The notes under the pieces were generated by a model. The model had not been told where the DNA came from. It searched no databases and saw nothing but the letters and a program-made list of their open reading frames with translations. A DNA stretch of 7,695 nucleotides from Azolla caroliniana (taxonomy: Eukaryota; Plantae; Polypodiophyta), in assembly GCA_043228905.1 (NCBI GenBank), contig JBHGNT010001482.1, positions 1 to 7,695 of the forward strand, written 5' to 3'. This document shows positions 1-7,695 of this stretch, piece after piece; positions within the stretch are counted from its first letter, which is position 1, and each line of letters opens with the position of its first letter. Position numbers and translations under genes: made by a program.

Positions 1-162
1 AAGAAATGATTAATCAGACTACAATCTACTAGGAAAGCCTGTACATAGATGTTTATAAGAGTCAAACAAGAATAGTTATATCTACTCAATTAAACTGAAA
101 TGGTGTCTTTCAATGATACAGGTGATCAATGCCACAATGTTTTTGCATGATATATACACATA

Positions 163-182
163 TATGTATGTATGTATGTATG
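163..182. repeat. (TATG)5 microsatellite in TA-rich context
   Basis: Directly visible, flanked by short TA runs. Confidence 0.85.
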
Positions 183-357
183 TATATCATATATATGTTA
201 GCATCTTCAAACTATGGTTGCTAAAAAGCACTATTTTATGTATAGAATATGTTTTAGAATACTCAAGTATTTAACATGTATTCTACATCTTAGAACTGCC
301 ATCTCAAAATGTATTCTACATATTTAACAAATATTTAATGTTTTCACAAGTTGGTCA

Positions 358-437
358 ATCCCTGATTGTTTTGCCATGGAGAGTATCGCTCATTGTTTTG
401 CCATGGAGAGCATCCCTGATTTTGTTGCTAAGGTAAC
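358..437. repeat. 27-bp tandem repeat, two near-identical copies plus one degenerate copy
   Basis: ATTGTTTTGCCATGGAGAG is exact at 365-383 and 392-410. A third unit starts ATCCCTGATT at 412. Confidence 0.85.
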
Positions 438-519
438 ACCTGATAAACGTATAAATCAATCCCTTGTTAGCTTCACCATAGAGGACTTGCCTTTTGATAA
501 GTGTTGATGTGTAGAAGAA

Positions 520-960
520 GCCAAAATGGCCTAAGTTCCGCCGAGAGATTGCATCTAAAATTGTTGCCTTATCTTGGATAATGACAAAAAAAGTAAGGAT
601 TCAAATTTGTTAAAGCAGCTATCCCACAATCATTTGGCTGAAGGTATGAGAACTTGGACATGCAATGAACCTCTACCAAAATGTAGATATTCAAATTTAC
701 ATAAACTGACAAGAAACTTGTCTTTCAAAGGTTTCCAACATAGATGGCCGAACATGGAGATGATTCTAGAGTGGGGAAATCACCATTTATGTCGGGTGAT
801 GATGGCCTTGATTTAGTGATGGCAAGGGTCTCAAGGCTGTGGCCTGCATACCCAATAAATTGCCATTGTCCGATCCATGGTGACGTGATTCTTTTGGATT
901 TCTTTGATCGGGTCCTTGCAGATGCTCCCCTTGGCTCAACTGTAGTAGGGGATTTGCCAA
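520..960 (-). mobile_element. Possible highly decayed retroelement fragment (LINE ORF2 3' end-like)
   Basis: One minus-strand frame, read through several stops, gives ...WVCRPQP*DPCHH...FPHSRIISMFG...LWDSCF...LLFLSLSKIRQQF. This loosely resembles the zf-RVT / W..IWK.RN..F region of plant L1 elements. The resemblance is weak and the boundaries uncertain. Confidence 0.22.
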
Positions 961-2891
961 GAAGTCATAGTAGTGAAGAAGGCTGTGAGTGTGTTTTGCT
1001 GATATGGATTTGTGTATATTTTCATGTCTTCAGAAGTTTCTTTTCTTATGTCTCTTGGTCTGCAACAAGAGTGATCCCAAGCATCATAGATCTATGTATT
1101 CCATTACTTTGCACAATGGGCTAAGGCCTTACGCTAGGAGGATGTGGTATGTTCCCATTATTTCATAGTAAATAGTCCAATGGTAAATATGATGCCCATA
1201 TGGTTTCACTATCAAACCTGTGTGATTGTTGGCTTGCCTCAATGTGAAACAATTTGTAAAGCTGTTGAGAGCTCATGCTTGAAGCTTGTGAGAGGGTTCG
1301 GTACCAATAATATAGGGTTGGATGATTAAATCCATCAAATGACATGTGTAAAACCAGGCACAAATAATGTGACCATATCCAGTTAGGATCACTCGATTCA
1401 TCTCCACTTGAGACACATTCAGGTGTGGATAATCTAGGATATATAGGAAGAGGGGTAGTGTGTTGTTACTTTTTCAATGTGGTTGAAATCAATTATTCAT
1501 TTTTGAGCTCACAAACACCAAGTATTCCCTTGTTTTGTCATCTGTTGTAGTAGCATCTGTGCCAATCTTGGATATCTTCTTTCAGGAATCTCAAATCTGC
1601 CAAGTGTAACAGCTCACATCTCAAAATAGGGCTTCATTAATTATCGGGAATGCTCTCATCTTGTTATGGACTTGAAATGGTGCCACTTTAACTATTGGGG
1701 ATTCACATCTATACGTGAACTGTCTCATTAATCACCCATAGAGGAGAGTCAATGTGACAAGTTTATAAAAGAACCACAACTCTGCCTGTGGTTTGTGAAA
1801 CTAAATATGTTCCATGTTTTCTCTCAAGGTTACCAAGAGCTGCATACCCTCCGTGAAAGTATAGCTGAGGTTGTCTCTGGAAATGTGATTCCTAACATGT
1901 AAGATCATTTGAAAGTCAAGACATTTCCCTTCTAATAAGAAATGACGACCTGATCTGATTACCCATATTTGAGTGGTGTTAAACTAGGTTTTGATTTTAT
2001 CTACATCCATAAAGCATCTAAATATATGTGTCATCCATTTGGATCCGACCATGACTTGTGTCTCCTGAAACTTGGTTGTCTCTGATTGTTGCTAGCAGTG
2101 AGGTATAATGAGTCAGCAGAAAGTGATGTCAGTCCCAATAAGAAAATGTATAGAGACCAGGGTACCACTCCAAAGTTTTTTTCCCATAGTTTGTACTTTA
2201 CCCGTGATAGTGACGGTGTTCTCAAATAGGAAAAGGAGGTATATTAACAAATTTACATATTTGCTATTTCAAAATGAGAACAACGGAAGAATGGATAATA
2301 ATGTGAGATTCAATAAGTGGAGCAGATTCAAATTTAGCCTTTTTAATGTCATCTAAAATTAGATGGGAAGAATTCAATTTATAGTTGAAAGGAAAATCAC
2401 TTGAAAAGGAAAAATGGATTAGCACAAGTCAAGTGATTAGCTACATGTTTGATAAGTAAAGGACACTTGGAAGATGATAGACAAATTCTGTATGACGTAA
2501 TTCGTTGGTGGAAAACTGTGAAGAATAGAAACAACCACATGTAGTAAGTGTAACAATCATGCACAAACTTATTGTTTGTAGAATGTTATCCCTATTTTAA
2601 TAAGACAGACATTATTGGCACCTAAAATATAGGAACTCTGTAGTGTTTATGGACTCTGTGTTTTGGATATAAAACCAAGTGGCAAGTCATGCCCAAGGTA
2701 TGATTGGAAGGATCTCAATCCCAAGGTATTTGAGGCTTTTAACCGTTTCATCTGGCTCATTATTTATTGTTCATAATGCAATTATTTAGCCTTATTGTGA
2801 ATCTTTGAAAGTGTAACCTTCAATTTACTGCGCATGTATGAATCAAATGATATCTTTCACCCAAAAAAAGAGAGAATTTTCTACATTACAG

Positions 2892-3043
2892 CTAGAGCAG
2901 AAGTGGAGAAAGGTCAGACAACTGCAATAATTACTGGAGCCATTGCGGTTATTCTTGGAGTTGCTTATCTTGTTTTAGTGCAACTTTTGGATTCGAGAGG
3001 AGTGAAGCTTGAGCCTCCTCCCCCTGAAGCTTTTGGATTGTAA
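2892..3043 (+). CDS. Terminal coding exon of a small uncharacterised single-pass membrane protein (probably plastid/thylakoid); 5' exon(s) not identified in window
   Basis: Acceptor-like TTTTCTACATTACAG| at 2891, phase 1. It encodes RAEVEKGQTTAIITGAIAVILGVAYLVLVQLLDSRGVKLEPPPPEAFGL then TAA TAA, with one ~22-aa hydrophobic helix (2924..2989). From recall it resembles small cyanobacterial/green-algal proteins (AIITGAIS..L..AYL.LVQLLD.RG...P.P). Alternative acceptor AGs exist at 2895 and 2900. Confidence 0.75.
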
Positions 3044-3135
3044 TAAAGTGGAAGCACTGGTTGTAACTTCTGTATTTTATTGGAAGTGGAGTCTAGACTC
3101 TAGACTTCATGCTCTATTGTATAATACATTTATCC

Positions 3136-3141
3136 AATAAA
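3136..3141 (+). promoter_or_regulatory. Candidate polyadenylation near-upstream element AATAAA for the + strand gene
   Basis: AATAAA 93 nt after the stop codon, with a T-rich tract downstream (3155-3176). A second AATAAA overlaps the stop (3042-3047). Confidence 0.4.
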
Positions 3142-3598
3142 GCTTGTCTCCTCATTTTCATACCTGTTTTATTTTAAGGGTGGAAATTTTAGATCATTTA
3201 TGCAGTCAGCCATACATGCTATGTACAATTTCTTTGTCTACCCTTTGCACCATTGCTGCCATGTGAATTAGCTCACATTGTCTTCTATTTGAGATAGGGT
3301 GTGTGCTAGGCATCGATGAGGAGAGTCGAGACCCATTGACTATGCATGTTTCTCTAGAACTTCTGATGAACAAGTTTGCATGAGACATTACTTCAATGCG
3401 TGGCCTTGAAGCACATTTGAGTTTGTTTTTAAACTTCCACCCATCCCAACACATTTATCTTTGAGTCACAATAGGACACACTCATGGTTGCAACTTTCCT
3501 TAGTAAAAATCTTTAACATCAAGAGTTGATTACCAATGCCACACAAAAAGTTTCACTCCAGTCCATACCTCATATTGGACCTTTGAGGAGGATCATAA

Positions 3599-3720
<122 letters not shown>

Positions 3721-3854
3721 CATGTGCATCAACACATGCAGTTACAATCAAGGAGAACTGCAGATCATTTGACAAATTCTAAAATAAACTTTCATATATG
3801 TTACGCATGAGCAACCAACCCATTTAATATGCTTATGATATCTTTTTGGAACTC

Positions 3855-3937
3855 TGTACTCATTCATGTCACAAACTATAAAGACATGAACAAGTTTCTG
3901 AAGAAGTTTGTACTCATTCGGGTCACAAAACATAAAG
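3855..3937. repeat. 29-bp imperfect direct repeat, period 54
   Basis: TGTACTCATTCatGTCACAAActATAAAG (3855-3883) vs TGTACTCATTCggGTCACAAAacATAAAG (3909-3937), 25/29 identical. Confidence 0.8.
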
Positions 3938-4428
3938 GCAGATGGAGATCAAGAAATCTTTTGGATGGTGGCATAGAATAGCATAAATTATGATAGGTTC
4001 CCATAGATTGTCACATGGCGTTACTCAAAATAGCCTTGTTTTTGTTCATATATTACATTAGTGTATAGTACACTATAATCTTACAACATGTCTATGGTGT
4101 GGAACCACAAGATACCATAAGACACCAAGAGATACATACAACTTACAAGATGATGGCATAGAAAATCATGTACTACAATGATAAGTTCACATGGTCTGTT
4201 TGTTGATCTCTTAAGAGGCATGCTCTCTTGCTTGACTTCATGACCATATAATGGAGTCGGACAATATTCTCTTGTGAGGTTACATATATACAACTTGACT
4301 CAGACTTCATGGCCTTACAATAAAGTCAACCATCACATAGGCCTCAACTGCTTGCATTCGTTTGAAGTTTTGCCATGATGAAGCTCATGATGCCAAATAA
4401 GAAACTTGCAATTGTATTACATATATCG

Positions 4429-4951
4429 TCAATGGAGAAGCCCTTGCCAGACTAATCGAGATTGAGCCGATAGGCATTTGTTTGGCATTCTATTGTATTG
4501 GTTCATGTCTAAGAAAATCTGAACACATTTGGACCCCATTGCATCGTTAGAAATCATCCAGGTATGGAACGGAACTCTTTCAAAAAATGTAGGGGTAGGA
4601 GTGACGCAGGGAACCGGTGACAATAACCTCAACATATCCTGGGTCCTAAGAAAAGGAGGTTGATTTTTGGCACGATTATCAACCTTATGCTCGTAGATCT
4701 TTCCGGTCTTATCCAACTTGTATTCAGAGGTTCCTTCAAAAAGCCCTTGTGCTTTCCATGGCACTCTGGGTATACCATGGACCGCCCATTTCACAACTAT
4801 AACTCGGTCTGATGGTTGCCAGATACGAAGAACCTCGACCCATATTACTTTGAAGAACATTCGGGCATGGAAGCGCAGTGACCAGAACATGAGCTTGTAG
4901 TTGTCAATGCCTGTGAATTTATTCCGCTGATCGTGGAAAGTTATATCATCC
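4429..4951 (-). CDS. DUF2358 family protein, exon 2 of 2 (spliced product 398 aa)
   Basis: Acceptor TTTTTTGTAG|G at 4952/4951 completes the Arg codon in frame. It encodes DDITFHDQRNKFTGIDNYKLMFWSLRFHARMFF...WQP...VKWAVHGIPRVPWKAQGLFEGTSEYKLDKTGKIYEHKVDN...PTPTFFE, the conserved plant DUF2358 core. Stop TGA at 4431..4429. Exon lengths 674+523=1197 nt = 399 codons. Confidence 0.92.
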
Positions 4952-5043
4952 CTACAAAAAATGAAGAAAGTAGCAAGTGGTGTGAAAAACATTCACAAAG
5001 CTATACACAATCTCTCATTATGTGAACCTTTCATTGATTTTAC
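4952..5043 (-). other. 92-nt GT-AG spliceosomal intron of the DUF2358 gene
   Basis: GTAAAA donor, T-rich tract before TGTAG acceptor. Removing it joins IYR and DDITF in frame, as in the family motif DIYRDDI.F. Confidence 0.9.
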
Positions 5044-5717
5044 CTGTAAATCTCATATGTGAGATCCCTACAGAAGAGATGAGGCATCTCTTCTCGCAGG
5101 GTTCGGATGGCTGACCCCAAATTTGCATAGAAATCATCCTGTTCTTCGCTCTCTTGCTTTTTCTCTCTACCCATTCTCACGGCTGTATCGAGCTCGAGTT
5201 GGGTGGACAAAGCAATATAGGTTCGCGCAGAAATACAGCCGAGGCTGGCCGGGGATGACATATCATCAACAATGTCAATTTGGGCGAACCTGTGATCGAG
5301 TCGGTCAGGTATGTCGTAGATGCCCAATTGGGTGGACATACCATTGAAGCTGGTTTGGGCAGACATATCATCGAGATCGCCTAAAAGCTTGTGATTGGAA
5401 GGAGGAGCACTCCTATCAGATAAGAACATCAAATCAGGTTCCATTTCTGACACCTCTGTGAGGAGATAGTTGGGAGGGTTGTTGTGGCAGTGGCGAAGAA
5501 TGAAGCTTCTCGTGCAATATTCTGAACTAGGGTTCTGATCAAGCCCTAATTTCACAAGTAGCAGAGGAGATGGAGGGGGGGTGGTAGCCGTGCAGGTAAC
5601 CAAACATTCTCCTCCTGCGCGGAACTGGCCTCTCCTTCTTCCTCCTCTTCTTCCTTTCTCTGTGTGAAGAGAGATCTGATTTAGGGTTTGCAAGGGAAGG
5701 AAAGAAAGCTCTGCCAT
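5044..5717 (-). CDS. DUF2358 (SnoaL/NTF2-like fold) family protein, exon 1 of 2; probable chloroplast-targeted
   Basis: ATG at 5717 (MAELSFLPLQ...). The frame stays open to the donor AG|GTAAAA at 5044/5043 (phase 2). It ends with DDFYANLGSAIRTLREEMPHLFCRDLTYEIYR, matching from recall the plant DUF2358 start motif (Y.N.G.AIRTLREE.P.LF...L..DIYR). The N-terminus is basic and has S/T residues, like a transit peptide. Confidence 0.9.
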
Positions 5718-5719
5718 AG

Positions 5720-5741
5720 CTCTCTCTCTCTCTCTCTCTCT
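5720..5741 (-). repeat. (GA)11 microsatellite in the 5' UTR of the DUF2358 gene
   Basis: (CT)11 on + strand, ending 2 nt before the ATG at 5717, within a longer purine-rich leader (to ~5791). Confidence 0.9.
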
Positions 5742-5829
5742 GTGTCTCTTTTTCTCTCTGCTTTTTGTTGAAAATCCTTCTCTCATTCTCTCGCAATTTA
5801 ATTCAATTCAATCTAAGGCTTGGACCGTG

Positions 5830-5851
5830 GCCACGTCACTTGCCACGTGCC
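5830..5851 (-). promoter_or_regulatory. Paired ABRE/G-box elements
   Basis: Minus strand reads GGCACGTGGC-AAG-TGACGTGGC: two ACGTGGC cores 12 bp apart, including a perfect G-box CACGTG (5844-5849), 113-134 bp upstream of the ATG. Confidence 0.7.
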
Positions 5852-5917
5852 ATGCTCTCATTGGAGGTGAGGGCTCATTATCTGCTAGACCTTGCCCGGC
5901 CTCGAAGGCACGTCCGA

Positions 5918-6362
5918 CTCCTAATCACACGCTTAAACGATGCCGCTACCTCCTAATCACATGCTTAAACGATGCCGCTACCTCCTAATTATATGCTTAA
6001 ACTATGTGTAGTATCTCCTAATCACATGCTTAAACGATGCTGCTACCTCCTAATTACACGCTTAAACTATGTGTACTAGCTCCTAATCACACGCTTAAAC
6101 CATGGTAGTAGCTCCTAATCACATGCTTAAACCACACTGCTACCCCCTAAGTGCATGCTTATATGATGCTACTACCTCCTAATCACACGCTTAAAACGAA
6201 GCTCCTAATCAAATGCTTAAACCAACTATTACCCCCTAATTGCATACTTATATGATGCTACTATCTCCTAATCACACGCTTAAGCAAATGTTGCTACCCC
6301 GTAATCACACACTTAAAACAATGCCCATTGCCTCCTAATCACACATGCTTCAACGATGCTAC
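5918..6362. repeat. Minisatellite, ~14 tandem copies of a ~32-bp unit (CTCCTAATCACAYGCTTAAACGATGCYGCTAC)
   Basis: Unit starts read by eye at 5918, 5950, 5982, 6015, 6047, 6080, 6112, 6144, 6176, 6202, 6233, 6265, 6298, 6332. Unit lengths are 26-34 bp, mostly 32-33. Confidence 0.95.
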
Positions 6363-6507
6363 CATCATAATCTCGTGCCCAACACATCTCGAACTCGTAA
6401 TCTCCTCACTCTTGTGCTTGATTCTTAGAGCACACCTCGATTTGTAACCTTTATCGGAATCACCATCTCTAATTAACACATCTTAGCTCACTTCATAATT
6501 AGAGAGG

Positions 6508-6541
6508 AATGGAGGTGTTGTTAATCCACAACACCTCCATT
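6508..6541. repeat. Perfect 14-bp inverted repeat (stem-loop, 6-nt loop)
   Basis: AATGGAGGTGTTGT-taatcc-ACAACACCTCCATT, followed by a T-rich run. Confidence 0.9.
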
Positions 6542-7695
6542 ATTTTTATGGTAAAATGATCTCCATAACAATTTGACATATACACAAAAATTATTTTTAT
6601 GGTATAGCTATATGTTTGTGTATAGATTCTTTGTGTTTATTTTACATTACAATCACCCTTATTTGTGTTGGCTCCATCATATCATCGATACCAATGTTTT
6701 TCAATATATCACTTTCTATGCATGCTTAGCCATATTGATTGCATGGAGTTCTTTTCCCTCACATTTTGAGTGTACTTTCATCGTCTCATTCTTCTCCTTT
6801 TGAAACCAATGGAAGAAACGATGCTTTCTCATGTGTGCAATTCTTCATCCCCCTCAAATGAAGGAGGAACATGTTGTCACTTGTGTGTATGATGATTTGA
6901 TATTTGAGAGCAAGAAGAAACATTTTCAATGGTTTTGTGACAGTTTGTCCTTTGAAACCATCACTTTGATTCCATCGTGATAGATCTATATTCCTGGAAG
7001 AAATGATTACAATGTCCATACCTTCCTCAAATGTGTATTCCTTATAAGAAACAATTCCCATGGAAGTAGCATAAAAGGAGACACAAGGCCTTCTATCACA
7101 TGTTTGCATGTGTGGTTTATCTCCTCTACACTCGATGAAGGGCGAGTGAGTAAATGGAAGTGGCATTAGAAGAAATAATACGTTTTATCATTTTGTGTGC
7201 ATGTGTTAACACAACTTCTTCACTTGAATTCATAGAGCATCTTGACAAGAGATATTCTAAAATGAGACCAACATGATATCGAACAAGGATGCTCCTCGTT
7301 CGACCATACCGTACACTTAGAATCCAATGTCTAATGAAAAAGGATATTCCTAAGTAGAAACAATCTTGATGTTGAAAGAATATCCTCTTAGGAGTATCTT
7401 CATCGGAAGATACTTCTCTCACACATGTATATAAAAGGTGAACAATGTTATTTGTAAGAAGGCTTTAGTACTCCCATAAGATGTTACTTTTGTCTACATT
7501 ATCTTCCAATACATGGTAGGATATGGCAAAGCATATGGTTTTTTTTAATGTTTTCTACTACTATAAAACAATATGGAAAATAGAAGAATGAAGTTAGGTT
7601 TCGGTCCTTGATATTATTCTTCTGTTCGGTAAGCTATAGTGGTCATTTAAAATGGGATGTGAGACATCACTAAATATGAGTGTCTCCATCTCCTT

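Noticed and set aside
238-340. Repeated ATGTATTCTACAT (276-288, 309-321) and TATTTAACA motifs with a rough inverted copy near 238-255
   Set aside because: Short and very AT-rich, with no definable TIR or TSD. Cannot be supported as a MITE.
574-2356. Short ORFs between 574 and 2356
   Set aside because: No recognisable domains, several non-ATG starts and no coherent splice structure. Consistent with chance or decayed repeats.
2834-2891. Single-exon 69-aa gene starting at ATG 2834
   Set aside because: The first 19 residues are AT-rich, lack targeting features and end at a good acceptor (TTACAG), so they are more likely intron. Not fully excluded without transcripts.
3206-3454. 82-aa minus-strand ORF between the two genes
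   Set aside because: No recognisable similarity and no supported splice link to the DUF2358 gene.
4952-4992. Independent start of the 187-aa ORF (MFFTPLATFFIFC)
   Set aside because: This is intron polypyrimidine tract read in frame. Splicing from exon 1 restores the conserved motif.
5718-5786. N-terminal extension MREGFSTK...RERERERA from the ORF track
   Set aside because: It starts at TTG and translates the GA microsatellite of the 5' UTR. The first ATG is at 5717.
4718-5956. Short ORFs 4718..4900, 5123..5347, 5177..5371, 5539..5796, 5765..5956
   Set aside because: Antisense or alternate-frame shadows of the DUF2358 gene and its promoter, with no recognisable motifs.
5918-6362. CRISPR-like appearance (conserved ~21-bp core with variable intervening segments)
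   Set aside because: The variable parts are only ~11 bp and clearly related to each other, the cores are degenerate, there are no cas genes, and the context is an intron-containing plant locus. It is a minisatellite.
6508-6548. Hairpin plus T-run as a rho-independent terminator or miRNA precursor
   Set aside because: The context is eukaryotic nuclear DNA with no upstream bacterial-type gene, and a 14-bp stem is too short for a plant pre-miRNA.

Overview
AT-rich eukaryotic genomic DNA, almost certainly from a land plant (GT-AG intron, plant-type promoter motifs, CT/CA microsatellites; a fern or other seed-free plant is plausible but not provable). It holds two convergent protein-coding genes. 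(1) A complete two-exon minus-strand gene, join(5717..5044, 4951..4429), 398 aa, encoding a DUF2358 (SnoaL/NTF2-like) protein with a probable chloroplast transit peptide. (2) The last coding exon (2892..3043, +) of a small single-pass membrane protein ending PPPPEAFGL, whose 5' exon(s) probably lie upstream of the window. The DUF2358 promoter has a GA repeat, paired ABRE/G-box elements, and, 70 bp further out, a ~14-copy 32-bp minisatellite with higher-order structure, followed by two hairpins. The rest is intron/intergenic DNA with microsatellites, short duplications and probable decayed transposon sequence. There are no RNA genes and no CRISPR array. All homology calls are from recall, not database searches.
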